From a virus (lineage: Duplodnaviria; Heunggongvirae; Uroviricota; Caudoviricetes): a DNA stretch of 40,878 nt. Position numbers and translations under genes: made by a program. Positions 1 through 9,984 of this stretch are shown in pieces. Positions within the stretch are counted from its first letter, which is position 1, and each line of letters starts with the position of its first letter. The stretch lies in the IMG/VR virus record IMGVR_UViG_2713896799_000014, positions 1 to 40,878 of that record; one strand, written 5' to 3'. The notes under the pieces were generated by a model, which worked only from the letters and a program-made list of their open reading frames with translations, was not told the origin of the DNA and did not search any database.

Positions 1-933
1 ATGGACAACGACAAAATTGATCAACACAGCGACGAAATTGAAGTTGAGAGCGAAGAAAAAGAGCGCGGCAAAAAAATAGAAATAGATGAAGACCGACTCC
101 CCTCCCGGGCGATGGCAATTCATGAGCATATCCGCCAGGATGGTGAAAAAGAGCTGGAACGCGACGCAATGGCGCTACTGTGGTCAGCCATTGCGGCGGG
201 TCTGTCGATGGGCGCTTCGTTACTGGCAAAAGGGATATTTCAAGTCGAACTGGAAGGTGTGCCGGGCAGCTTCTTGCTGGAGAATCTCGGTTATACCTTT
301 GGTTTTATTATCGTCATTATGGCCCGCCAGCAATTATTTACCGAAAATACCGTGACTGCGGTACTACCCGTCATGCAAAAACCGACAATGAGCAACGTCG
401 GCTTACTTATACGGTTATGGGGCGTCGTGCTGCTGGGTAATATTCTCGGGACAGGTATTGCGGCGTGGGCATTTGAATATATGCCTATCTTCAATGAAGA
501 AACTCGCGATGCATTTGTCAAAATCGGCATGGATGTGATGAAGAACACCCCCAGCGAGATGTTTGCCAACGCGATCATTTCCGGCTGGCTGATCGCCACT
601 ATGGTTTGGATGTTTCCTGCAGCGGGTGCGGCAAAGATTGTGGTGATTATATTGATGACCTGGCTTATTGCCCTGGGTGACACCACCCATATCGTGGTCG
701 GTTCTGTTGAAATCCTCTATCTGGTGTTTAACGGTACGCTGCACTGGAGCGATTTCATCTGGCCCTTCGCACTACCTACTTTAGCGGGGAACATCTGCGG
801 CGGCACCTTTATCTTCGCGTTAATGAGTCATGCACAGATTCGTAACGACATGAGCAATAAGCGTAAAGCAGAAGCACGCCAAAAAGCAGAACGTGCGGAA
901 AACATTAAGAAAAATTATAAAAACCCGGCATAA
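1..933 (+). CDS. yfdC: Inner membrane protein, formate/nitrite transporter family (YfdC-like); host gene flanking argW
   Basis: 310-aa ORF with hydrophobic segments; matches my recollection of E. coli YfdC, which sits beside argW/intS in K-12. Confidence 0.8.
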   Translation: MDNDKIDQHSDEIEVESEEKERGKKIEIDEDRLPSRAMAIHEHIRQDGEKELERDAMALLWSAIAAGLSMGASLLAKGIFQVELEGVPGSFLLENLGYTFGFIIVIMARQQLFTENTVTAVLPVMQKPTMSNVGLLIRLWGVVLLGNILGTGIAAWAFEYMPIFNEETRDAFVKIGMDVMKNTPSEMFANAIISGWLIATMVWMFPAAGAAKIVVIILMTWLIALGDTTHIVVGSVEILYLVFNGTLHWSDFIWPFALPTLAGNICGGTFIFALMSHAQIRNDMSNKRKAEARQKAERAENIKKNYKNPA

Positions 934-1008
934 ATGGCGAGGGTTTAAGCAATCGAGCGGCAGCGTACTTACCCCGCACTCCATTAGCGGGTATACTCAT
1001 GCCGCATT

Positions 1009-1083
1009 GTCCTCTTAGTTAAATGGATATAACGAGCCCCTCCTAAGGGCTAATTGCAGGTTCGATTCCTGCAGGGGACACCA
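1009..1083 (+). tRNA. argW: tRNA-Arg (anticodon CCU)
   Basis: 75-nt cloverleaf read by eye: acceptor GTCCTCT/AGGGGAC, anticodon loop CT-CCT-AA, T-arm GGTTCGATTCC, 3' CCA. Confidence 0.9.
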
Positions 1084-1244
1084 TTTATCAGTTCGCTCCC
1101 ATCCGTACCAGTCCGCAAAATCCCCTGAATATAAAGCCTTCCGTAGATTCACAGTTCGTAATGGTTCGCGTCAGATCGTTGACAGCCGCACTCCATGACG
1201 GGTAAAAAGTGGATAAAATAATTTTACCCACCGGATTTTTACCC

Positions 1245-2402
1245 ATGCTCACCGTTAAGCAGATTGAAGCAGCAAAGCCGAAAGAAAAACCATACCGCCT
1301 TCTCGATGGTAATGGCCTGTACCTTTATGTCCCTGTATCCGGGAAAAAGGTATGGCAGCTTCGCTACAAGATTGACGGTAAGGAGAAAATCATGACCGTC
1401 GGAAAATATCCGCTTATGACTTTGCAGGAGGCCAGGGATAAAGCATGGACTGCGAGGAAAGACATCTCGGTTGGCATCGATCCGGTAAAAGCGAAAAAGG
1501 CTTCGTCTAATAACAATTCCTTTAGTGCGATTTACAAGGAATGGTACGAGCACAAGAAGCAAGTCTGGTCTGTAGGGTATGCGACTGAACTTGCCAAAAT
1601 GTTTGATGACGACATTTTACCCATCATCGGCGGTCTTGAAATTCAGGATATTGAGCCGATGCAACTGCTGGAAGTAATCCGCAGATTTGAAGATCGCGGC
1701 GCAATGGAGCGAGCCAACAAAGCACGCAGAAGATGCGGCGAGGTTTTCCGTTACGCTATTGTCACCGGAAGGGCTAAATATAACCCGGCACCTGACCTTG
1801 CTGACGCCATGAAGGGATACCGCAAGAAGAACTTCCCGTTTCTTCCTGCAGACCAGATCCCGGAATTCAACAAAGCACTGGCAACATTTTCAGGAAGTAT
1901 CGTATCGCTCATTGCCACCAAGGTTTTACGCTACACAGCCCTAAGAACGAAAGAGCTTCGTTCCATGCAATGGAAGAACGTCGATTTTGAAAACAGGATT
2001 ATCACCATCGACGCCAATGTGATGAAGGGACGCAAAATTCATGTGGTTCCTATGTCAGACCAGGTAGTTGAACTTCTCACTACGCTAAGCTCAATCACCA
2101 AACCAGTATCAGAGTTTGTTTTTGCCGGGCGCAACGATAAGAAGAAGCCAATTTGCGAGAACGCTGTACTGCTTGTGATCAAACAAATCGGCTATGAAGG
2201 TCTGGAAAGCGGTCACGGATTCAGGCATGAATTCAGCACGATTATGAACGAGCACGAATGGCCTGCTGATGCTATTGAAGTGCAACTGGCACATGCCAAC
2301 GGCGGATCTGTGCGCGGAATTTACAACCATGCTCAGTATCTCGATAAGCGCAGAGAAATGATGCAGTGGTGGGCGGATTGGATTGATGAAAAGGTGGAGT
2401 GA
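1245..2402 (+). CDS. intS: Tyrosine integrase, P4-type (IntS-like)
   Basis: 385 aa from internal Met MLTVKQIEAAKP; transcribed away from adjacent tRNA; matches recollection of K-12 IntS. Confidence 0.9.
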   Translation: MLTVKQIEAAKPKEKPYRLLDGNGLYLYVPVSGKKVWQLRYKIDGKEKIMTVGKYPLMTLQEARDKAWTARKDISVGIDPVKAKKASSNNNSFSAIYKEWYEHKKQVWSVGYATELAKMFDDDILPIIGGLEIQDIEPMQLLEVIRRFEDRGAMERANKARRRCGEVFRYAIVTGRAKYNPAPDLADAMKGYRKKNFPFLPADQIPEFNKALATFSGSIVSLIATKVLRYTALRTKELRSMQWKNVDFENRIITIDANVMKGRKIHVVPMSDQVVELLTTLSSITKPVSEFVFAGRNDKKKPICENAVLLVIKQIGYEGLESGHGFRHEFSTIMNEHEWPADAIEVQLAHANGGSVRGIYNHAQYLDKRREMMQWWADWIDEKVE

Positions 2403-2544
2403 TCCACCTTAACCACTATCGAAGAGCGCAAAGCCTTGCAATACAGTGCAAAGCTTTGTGTTTCTCATTTTTTCTCACCAGCAACAGAGATAACCGCCCT
2501 ATGTCTACTTAACGAACTAAATAACGTAGATAGTTCAAAATATA

Positions 2545-4503
2545 TTAACCTATTTTTGTGTAGGTCCAATTAAAAGTGCCTGTGCCCTGGCTTGTAATGG
2601 TTACAATTCTCCCTGTTGCTGAAAAACTAAGAAATGCTGCTATTTTTAACGCAACAAGAATTAGCTTATCTCCATCATACATTGCCAGTTGTGTAGATGC
2701 GTAATTTTCTCCGCTTCCAGCCCCCCATACGCTAATAATGTAAGTACCTTGCGAATCTGGTATAGAGAAAAGTGTTGTCGGAGTATTTTCAGCCACAGCA
2801 GTAGAGCCTTTACTGGTAGAGAAGCATGATGTTTGCAATCCTTCCTTAGATGTTATTTGTGAATAACCATCTACGATAAGTCCTGTTTTTTTAGGGCAGT
2901 CATACCATGATACATCACCAGTACTTAGCGTACTTAAAACAGGAGTTCCTGTAGTGGTTGCTCTGAACCGGCTATTAAAGACACTTATTTTAGCTGTGTC
3001 TATTGCATGTAACATAATGGGATACCCAGACCCAGTATATGCAACTGTGTTGTTGTCAGATAAATCATCTTCTGATGACTCAATTTTAACATCGCTGCTA
3101 CCTGACGCCCTGATGTAGGAAACTACACCAGCATCACTTGGCGCAACACTTCGCATGCTGTTCTGATGTGCAGTCAGGCCAGAAATGCCACCACTACTAT
3201 TTTCGAAATGGAATAGTGCTGCCTCTCCATAACCATCTGTAGAGATGGTGTTACCCTCCGCATCAAAACCAATAATGTTAAAACTATGTGTGTTAAGAAC
3301 ATGAACGCCAGCCCCACCAAGCGAACCTGCGTTTAACGAAATATTTGATCCATCCATGGCACAGTTAATCATTGTAGCTGCAAAGACAGAACCAAACTGA
3401 TATGGTGATATACATCCAGATGTATAACATCTTTCCATCAGAATGGTAGTGCCAGTTCCTTTTGTAAAACCATTATGGCAGTTTCTGGCCCACACATTCG
3501 TAAGTTTTGTCAAGTATGTGCCAGTCTGATCATTAAAGCATGACCATGCACCATGAACTGTACAGTTTTTAATTTCAGACATTTCCAAGCTTGTTGAATT
3601 TGGAATTGTCGAGTAGAAATTAAATGCAATTTTCCCACCATCATTTTCAGGATTCGTTGGTGTGGTTCCTGGATCATAGAAAATATAAAGACCATCAATA
3701 AAAATCTGAATCATTTTTGTCGATAGGGAATCACCTTGATCTAAAGCAAAGGCTGAAATATTACCAATAATAGACATAAATGATTGCGCTCTATTTATTG
3801 TATCAGTTCCCTCTCCAACAATCCTAACGGAGTTTTTCAGAAAAATAGTTGAATTATAGTAACCAGTTCCCTTTGGAATAAGCACTGTTTTCCCCGTGTT
3901 ACATGCGGACTGAAGCGCAGCATAATCAACAGATTGAGATAGAGATGAAACAAATGGATATACCATCTGAGCGGCTGATAGTGTTGAAAATATCTCGCTT
4001 AAAGGGTGAAGCGTTCCGTCAATTGTAGCGCCAAAATCAATAACACTTATAGCCTGTGAATTTTTAATGTGCTGTGAAATAGAAGTAGCACCAGTGTACG
4101 GTTGTTTAACTGTAACTAATGCATCCCCCATTCCATCAGCATCGCTTTCTAACTGCTGCTTAAACTGATCAGGGTCATACTTCAGCACATTAGGGAAATA
4201 GAACTGCTGCGCACCATACGCATCGTACACAGCCATAGAATGACCTTGCACAGTTACGAACTTGGCAATCTGTCCATTATATACCGGGTAACCAGCAGCG
4301 TTAATGATGATTGGTTGCGATACAGGAACGTGAGAACCGTCTTCATTCTCCACATAAACCTGAATCCGGTTTTCAGGATTTACCGGGTCAGTGTCAATTT
4401 TTCCGATATAAATTTCTCCATTGGCTACGGCTTTAAAAGAACGCGCCATAGTGAAAAGTTGCGAAGGCATCGATACGATCACATTGGCTGTAATGTCTGT
4501 CAT
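2545..4503 (-). CDS. Tailspike protein (P22 gp9-like N-terminal head-binding domain, divergent receptor-binding domain)
   Basis: N-terminus [29 protein letters not shown] matches P22 gp9 head-binding domain; remainder differs from P22 endorhamnosidase. Confidence 0.85.
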   Translation of the reverse strand: MTDITANVIVSMPSQLFTMARSFKAVANGEIYIGKIDTDPVNPENRIQVYVENEDGSHVPVSQPIIINAAGYPVYNGQIAKFVTVQGHSMAVYDAYGAQQFYFPNVLKYDPDQFKQQLESDADGMGDALVTVKQPYTGATSISQHIKNSQAISVIDFGATIDGTLHPLSEIFSTLSAAQMVYPFVSSLSQSVDYAALQSACNTGKTVLIPKGTGYYNSTIFLKNSVRIVGEGTDTINRAQSFMSIIGNISAFALDQGDSLSTKMIQIFIDGLYIFYDPGTTPTNPENDGGKIAFNFYSTIPNSTSLEMSEIKNCTVHGAWSCFNDQTGTYLTKLTNVWARNCHNGFTKGTGTTILMERCYTSGCISPYQFGSVFAATMINCAMDGSNISLNAGSLGGAGVHVLNTHSFNIIGFDAEGNTISTDGYGEAALFHFENSSGGISGLTAHQNSMRSVAPSDAGVVSYIRASGSSDVKIESSEDDLSDNNTVAYTGSGYPIMLHAIDTAKISVFNSRFRATTTGTPVLSTLSTGDVSWYDCPKKTGLIVDGYSQITSKEGLQTSCFSTSKGSTAVAENTPTTLFSIPDSQGTYIISVWGAGSGENYASTQLAMYDGDKLILVALKIAAFLSFSATGRIVTITSQGTGTFNWTYTKIG

Positions 4504-4561
4504 TTAATTTGCTCCAGATACAATGAATCGCCGCAGCGTGGCCACGGTGAATTTTGGGCAT

Positions 4562-4584
4562 AAAAAAACCCAGCCGAAGCTGGG
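4562..4584 (-). terminator. Rho-independent terminator between ant and tailspike gene
   Basis: Minus strand CCCAGC-TTCG-GCTGGG followed by TTTTTTT. Confidence 0.65.
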
Positions 4585-4603
4585 TCGTTGCGTTGGTTAT
4601 CTG

Positions 4604-5506
4604 TCAGTAGTTATGTACTGAAGGAGGTAATTCTTTATTCTTAAGTCTCATCCATGCGGAAAGATTCGTTGGTCCGTCTGGCTCATTAATATCAACATCT
4701 CGTGTGTGATTGATTAAAACGTCTCTCGCCATTCCGATAACATACGAGAATTCATGACCGTAGTCGTAGCATCTGCCGGAATAGTTCGATTGAATTTGTT
4801 TTAATGCCGGATACAGTTCGCGGAATAATGCCTGTGAACGGTTAGCATAATCCCATAGCCATACAAGGCTGTTTGCTTCTTTTGCAGAAAGCTCGTTGGT
4901 TTTCTTCTCTTGTTTGCCAATGAACTCACCTTCAAGCACCACCCTGTGGATGTACTCTACGGCTTGCGGTATCTGAGATGCATCAAGCTCTTCAATACTT
5001 TCCACATTGAAACGCTGATGAATCATTGCATAAGCTTCTGGGTACATTAGATGCTTTTTGCTGACCAGCATATTTACAGCATCACGAAGCGGAGTCCTGT
5101 CATCAACAGATGTTTTCTTACGTGCATTTTCTGCCTTTCCCTTTGTCCAGTAGTCATGCAGCACAGTAAAGCATTCTTCCTGGTACTGAATCAGTTTATC
5201 GCGGATGTCAGCACGAACTTTCTCAGGGTTGATGCTGAACAGCCATCCATTTAACTTCTTCAAAGGAAGGCAGAGTAGCTTACGAAGCTTTCCATCAGCA
5301 GCAACCATATTCATATGAATACAGTTGAACTTATCTAGTTGTTTCATAAGTTTTTGTTGCTGAGTACCCCAGCTCATTCCGAGGTTTTCAACGATTGGCT
5401 TCATCGCAACATATGCAACTCCGGCAGCCATGGCGGTGATAATTTGCTGACCGTTGAATGGCACGTAAGAGGTGTTCACTGCTTCTAAAATTGCTATACT
5501 ATTCAT
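4604..5506 (-). CDS. ant: Antirepressor Ant (P22 immI)
   Basis: 300 aa from [12 protein letters not shown] with GGAGA 6 nt upstream; positional and sequence similarity to P22 Ant. Confidence 0.8.
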   Translation of the reverse strand: MNSIAILEAVNTSYVPFNGQQIITAMAAGVAYVAMKPIVENLGMSWGTQQQKLMKQLDKFNCIHMNMVAADGKLRKLLCLPLKKLNGWLFSINPEKVRADIRDKLIQYQEECFTVLHDYWTKGKAENARKKTSVDDRTPLRDAVNMLVSKKHLMYPEAYAMIHQRFNVESIEELDASQIPQAVEYIHRVVLEGEFIGKQEKKTNELSAKEANSLVWLWDYANRSQALFRELYPALKQIQSNYSGRCYDYGHEFSYVIGMARDVLINHTRDVDINEPDGPTNLSAWMRLKNKELPPSVHNY

Positions 5507-5568
5507 GTTGGTTTTTCTCCAAGGATTTACCGACAACCGAAGCCCTGACTGTTACCGCAGTTGGGGCT

Positions 5569-5793
5569 TCAACTTTTCACTTCTTTAAAGTGCCTACCTT
5601 CTACAGTTGCTCTGAGATAAAAATTCTTATCTTTACCGTTTAGTGCTTCCCAAGCATCAACAATGCACTTATTACAGATGTGGACTTCTCGATAACCAAT
5701 AGCTTTCCTGTCAATATTAGTGAACATAACAGCTTCTTTATCTGTCAATGTGGATGCATGACAGAAGTCGCAATCTATATAAGATACCTTCAT
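5569..5793 (-). CDS. Small Cys4 zinc-ribbon protein, unknown function, inserted between arc and ant
   Basis: 74-aa ORF with CDFC...CNKC; start ATG overlaps arc stop (ATGA); not part of canonical P22 immI. Confidence 0.45.
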   Translation of the reverse strand: MKVSYIDCDFCHASTLTDKEAVMFTNIDRKAIGYREVHICNKCIVDAWEALNGKDKNFYLRATVEGRHFKEVKS

Positions 5794-5948
5794 ACCGTTA
5801 TCCCCTCTCTCTTCAGGCTGTCCATCACTCGCTTGTAAATCTCAGAGTTAACAGATCGCCCGTTCTCTTCCGCCACCTTACGCACCAAATCCAATACTTC
5901 TTTAGGCCACCGCAAATTGAACTGCGGCATTTTGCTCATTCCTTTCAT
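5790..5948 (-). CDS. arc: Arc repressor (ribbon-helix-helix)
   Basis: MKGMSKMPQFNLRWPKEVLDLVRKVAEENGRSVNSEIY matches P22 Arc from memory. Confidence 0.9.
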   Translation of the reverse strand: MKGMSKMPQFNLRWPKEVLDLVRKVAEENGRSVNSEIYKRVMDSLKREGITV

Positions 5949-6038
5949 ATTCACCTCACAATATAGGTCCACCGTGGACCTATTGAGAATATAGTAGAGT
6001 GCTTCTATCATGTCAATACACTAACTTGGGGTGATGGC

Positions 6039-6293
6039 ATGGCTAGAGACGATCCGCACTTTAACTTCCGTATGCCTTTGGAAGTAAGAGAAAAATTGAA
6101 ATTAAGAGCAGAGGCTAACGGAAGGTCAATGAACTCTGAGTTATTACAAATCGTTCAGGATGCTCTCTCAAAGCCATCATCAATTGTAGGCTATCGAGAC
6201 GAAGCTGAGCGAGTCGCGGATGAGCAATCTGACGTTGTTAAGAAGATGGTCTTTGAAACGCTGAAAAATATTTATAGCAAAAGTAAGTTATAG
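6039..6293 (+). CDS. mnt: Mnt repressor (ribbon-helix-helix), divergent from arc-ant
   Basis: MARDDPHFNFRMPLEVREKLKLRAEANGRSMNSELLQIVQDAL matches P22 Mnt from memory. Confidence 0.9.
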   Translation: MARDDPHFNFRMPLEVREKLKLRAEANGRSMNSELLQIVQDALSKPSSIVGYRDEAERVADEQSDVVKKMVFETLKNIYSKSKL

Positions 6294-6342
6294 GCTTATG
6301 ACGTACAGTTAACCATATCGATATTGGCTCGCGTGATGACAA

Positions 6343-7062
6343 ATGAAAAAAAGCAATGGACTCACATTAAAACTTGACGGAACCACCCCTGGCCAGCTGT
6401 CAATGGCTAAGTTGGTCAAGTATATGTCTGCTCTCGTAGATCTATACGGTTCTGCAGATTCTGTTCACTTCGACTGTGTAAGTGAAGGATCGGCTGACTT
6501 AAATGCATGGGTCGATAATGATATTTGTTATAACGCTGTCATAGCAAGGGCCTCTCTCTCAGCCAAAGAGAAATCACCCGCGTATCAAAAAATTGTTAAT
6601 TTACTGGAACATGATGGTTTTTCAGCGAAACTACTCGGACGAAACCACTCAACCATTATCGCATTCCCGCGAGTAAAAAAGGAGCCAATCCCTTTACTCA
6701 TAACAAAAACGTCAGAAGTTCAAGGAAGGCTATACAGTGTTGGTGGAAAAGACAACTCAATACCTGTGCGTATTGAGGGAGCCAACGGTGAAACATTCAA
6801 GTGCGAGGCAACCCCTGATTTGGCGGCAGCTCTTGGGTCCCATCTATTCAAATATATTAGGGTTAAAGGAGATGGGTGCTGGGAAAAAAAGAACAACAAA
6901 TGGGAGCTAAAGAAACTAAAAATAACTTCATTTGTATTGCTCAAAAAATCATCACTCAAGGATGCTATTAATGCTATCAAGCAAGTTCCTGGAGATCAGT
7001 GGTCCGAGGAACGCGATGTTGATTCAATCCTTAGGACTCTGAGGAAGATAAATTGCGAGTAA
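6343..7062 (+). CDS. Hypothetical protein, 239 aa; first gene of mnt-linked moron cassette
   Basis: Long ORF on mnt strand in an AT-rich stretch; no family recognised by eye; stop overlaps next ORF start. Confidence 0.6.
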   Translation: MKKSNGLTLKLDGTTPGQLSMAKLVKYMSALVDLYGSADSVHFDCVSEGSADLNAWVDNDICYNAVIARASLSAKEKSPAYQKIVNLLEHDGFSAKLLGRNHSTIIAFPRVKKEPIPLLITKTSEVQGRLYSVGGKDNSIPVRIEGANGETFKCEATPDLAAALGSHLFKYIRVKGDGCWEKKNNKWELKKLKITSFVLLKKSSLKDAINAIKQVPGDQWSEERDVDSILRTLRKINCE

Positions 7063-7601
7063 TTTTAGATACCAATATTCTGGTATACCTACTATCAGAT
7101 ATAGAACACGATTATAGATTATCTGACCCTATACTTGGTTCTGAGATTCCAGATGCCAAAAGAAGAGCAGAAGCTCTTGTTGATCGAATAGATAACAAGA
7201 ACGGGACAATCATCGTTCCAACTCCTGTATTGGCGGAGTTTTTAGTTGGAATCCATAAAGATTACCAACAAGAAAAACTAAATGTTATCAAATCGTTATC
7301 GTGCTTCGAGACTGTATCATTTGATGAGTTGGCTGCTATTGAATGCGCATCGATACCAACATTAAAAGAATTAAGGAAAATTAGCACAGAAGGTACAGCA
7401 AATAAAATTAAGTTTGACAGACAAATAATAGCAATTGCAAGAGCAATTAATGCTGACGAGGTATGGACTCATGATAAGGGAGTGTTTGAGCGTTGCAAAA
7501 GTCTCAATATTCCTGTGTTCACATTGTCATCAATAGAACCAATTCCGGTTCAAAGTCTCATGGAGTTCTTACACGATTCAGACGATCAGAGATTACACTA
7601 A
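7053..7601 (+). CDS. PIN-domain nuclease-like protein (TTG start)
   Basis: N-terminal ILDTNIL motif with acidic residues at about 6, 62, 122, 141; GAGGAAG 5 nt before TTG; 10-nt overlap with upstream ORF. Confidence 0.6.
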   Translation: MRVILDTNILVYLLSDIEHDYRLSDPILGSEIPDAKRRAEALVDRIDNKNGTIIVPTPVLAEFLVGIHKDYQQEKLNVIKSLSCFETVSFDELAAIECASIPTLKELRKISTEGTANKIKFDRQIIAIARAINADEVWTHDKGVFERCKSLNIPVFTLSSIEPIPVQSLMEFLHDSDDQRLH

Positions 7602-7728
7602 AATATAATTTTTATGCATCCGTGATAATTACATCCGTCACGGATACATAAAGCTATAGCCAAAAGTGGACAAACCTTTATCTCACTCCAAACCATCTGG
7701 TATCCTGCGTAAAACTAAGGAGGTTGGT

Positions 7729-8118
7729 GTGAAGCAATTTCTTGCTGCTATGTTCTTATTCATATCTTTTGGGGCTACAGCAGAGTGCTGGGTCGTTGGA
7801 GATATGCGCGGAATAAGCTATTCAGAACGAAATAATTTCCATCCGGAAGAAGATGGTTTTAGTGGAACATTCATCATTAAGACAAGCGGTGAAGATGCCA
7901 GCATCACATATTCTGGGACAGATGCGGGCGGCATGGCTTACAAAGCATTGTCTAAAAACTCCATCATAGGAATCGGCGCGAATGGCGAAACTCAACGCGT
8001 TATCGACTCATGGGTAATACATCCTACTGGAACAGTTTTAATGTCAAAAACCATTTCCGGTTATGGAAATATGGATTCAACCAAAGCTTTTGTTGGAAAA
8101 GTAAAAAGAAAATGTTAG
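7729..8118 (+). CDS. Small secreted/periplasmic protein, unknown function
   Basis: GTG start preceded by AAGGAGG; N-terminal signal peptide KQFLAAMFLFISFGATA then mature ECWVVGD; the track's upstream start has no RBS. Confidence 0.5.
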   Translation: MKQFLAAMFLFISFGATAECWVVGDMRGISYSERNNFHPEEDGFSGTFIIKTSGEDASITYSGTDAGGMAYKALSKNSIIGIGANGETQRVIDSWVIHPTGTVLMSKTISGYGNMDSTKAFVGKVKRKC

Positions 8119-8142
8119 CGATTGAATCCAATTTCCCATACG

Positions 8143-9984
8143 TTACTGCTGTGTTGCCTCAGTAGCAAACAGCGGTCTGATGGCATTCGCAGCGTTATTT
8201 AGCGCTCTTTCATAGGCTGGTGTTCCTGCTTTGGTGTTTGCCAAACGAAGAAGCATATTCCTTGCGGCTTTGGACTCATACAAACGCATCATTGCACCAA
8301 AGCCAGCCTCAAGCCCCATTGATACTCCAAGAGTCGCAGTTGCGCCAATCGTCCTTATCCTGTTGGCTTGTGATTGCCCCGTCTGAGTTACTACATTTGC
8401 GGTGTCTGACCTTGCTGTTTGCTGTAGAACTTCATGAAGAGCATCAAGCTCTTTCATGTGCTTTCCAGAAAAAATAGTGTTGTAAATTTCACCGCCTGAC
8501 TGAGATTTAAGCTTATTAACTTCAGTGATGAACTTGGCTGGAGAGTCACCGGCCTTTTCCGCTATTTTGCTGACGTAAGCTGCACGCATAGCATCTTTCC
8601 CTTTATCATCCAATGCGCTCCAGATTCGTTTCACGTCAGATGGCTTTCTGCTTAATACAACGGTATTTATAAGTTCAGGACTGGCTTCACTGCTTGCCTT
8701 GTTGAGCTTGTTAGCAATGTTTTTATTAAGCACCTTATTATAAACGTTTGCATAATCGGAGTTTGCTTTAAGGTATTTTGCTGCGTCTGATGCACCGAGG
8801 TTTTTTGCAACTGCGTTACGAAGATCTTTTGACATTGCATTCTCTACCATATTGGTAGCTGCTTTTGCCTGGTTGGGGAAGACCATAGCATCTCCCTGAA
8901 CATTGGATCTAAATACTGTTCTGTGCTGACGCAAGAGATCAAACGTAACATCCAAATCAGTTGCAGGGTTTGCTAATTCTTCACGTAGGTTACGCAAGGA
9001 TGTAAGCAGGCTTTGATTGGCAGACGTCCCAAGCCGTTCCTGTCTTGCGATCGCTGTATTCAGAGCATTCATGGTATTTGTGGTATCAACTGCGGCATTA
9101 CCCATTTTATTGGTGACGTCATTGATAACAGCGCCAGCGGCATCCTTCCGTCCCCTTAACGTGGTGGTCAGAGATTTCACCACATCATCAGGGTTGTACT
9201 CACCAAAACGGTCAAAATAATTGCTTACCAGCTTACTACGCGTTGCATATTGCTCCGCTCGCTTTGAGCCTGTCCCGAGCAAAGCCCCCTCAGCATCCTG
9301 AGTAAGTCCGCGAGTGAAAGCATTTTTCGGCGGGATAACATCAGATGTCATTGGTGTCACGCCCATCGATTCTGATGTGGCAATTTTCTTCGCCACTTCT
9401 GGCGCAATATCACCTTTTATAGCCGTTATTCCACGCCCTATTCCCTTTGCTGCTGCGGAAAGAACACCCTGAGCGGCAAGGTTAACTCCGGCATTTTTAG
9501 CTGCATTTTGTGCGAAATCACCTTTCTGATTTGCGGCCTCTGCCAGTGATCCAATAGCCATGCTTCCTGCCGTTCCAACTCCTGGAACTAAATACCCGCC
9601 AATTGTTTCTCCAGCTTGAGCGTAGGGGTCTGTCGGTCTGTCTACTGGACGATAGACATCATCCAATACTTTTGGCCCACCAAGCCCCTGACTGATTGCA
9701 TTAATCAGACTTGCGCCACCCTGCAATACGTCAAATGGTATGTTTACCAGACCACGACCAGCCTGTTCTGCAATTTGCCCTGCACTTTGACCACCAGTGA
9801 GCCAATCGCCAGCTTGTTGCATCAATGATGGTTCTTCCCGTGTTGGTGCATTATTGTCCTGATTAACTGTTTTTTGCTGAACAGCCTGACCAGCAAAATA
9901 CTCATCAATGGCGGTGCCAATATCTTCCGTGCTCGTACCATCAGGGAAGGTAAATGTCTTACCGTTTGCAGTTACTTTCATCAT
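8143..9984 (-). CDS. DNA ejection/injection protein (P22 gp16-like)
   Basis: 613 aa, position and size match P22 gene 16; overlaps gp20 stop. Confidence 0.8.
   Translation of the reverse strand: MMKVTANGKTFTFPDGTSTEDIGTAIDEYFAGQAVQQKTVNQDNNAPTREEPSLMQQAGDWLTGGQSAGQIAEQAGRGLVNIPFDVLQGGASLINAISQGLGGPKVLDDVYRPVDRPTDPYAQAGETIGGYLVPGVGTAGSMAIGSLAEAANQKGDFAQNAAKNAGVNLAAQGVLSAAAKGIGRGITAIKGDIAPEVAKKIATSESMGVTPMTSDVIPPKNAFTRGLTQDAEGALLGTGSKRAEQYATRSKLVSNYFDRFGEYNPDDVVKSLTTTLRGRKDAAGAVINDVTNKMGNAAVDTTNTMNALNTAIARQERLGTSANQSLLTSLRNLREELANPATDLDVTFDLLRQHRTVFRSNVQGDAMVFPNQAKAATNMVENAMSKDLRNAVAKNLGASDAAKYLKANSDYANVYNKVLNKNIANKLNKASSEASPELINTVVLSRKPSDVKRIWSALDDKGKDAMRAAYVSKIAEKAGDSPAKFITEVNKLKSQSGGEIYNTIFSGKHMKELDALHEVLQQTARSDTANVVTQTGQSQANRIRTIGATATLGVSMGLEAGFGAMMRLYESKAARNMLLRLANTKAGTPAYERALNNAANAIRPLFATEATQQ

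Noticed and set aside
180-744. Alternative-frame and antisense ORFs inside yfdC
   Set aside because: Overlap the full-length transporter ORF whose hydrophobic profile is coherent; alternative frames lack start context.
7666-7728. Upstream GTG start (MDKPLSHSK...) for the secreted protein
   Set aside because: No Shine-Dalgarno upstream of 7666, whereas 7729 has AAGGAGG at ideal spacing and begins a canonical signal peptide.
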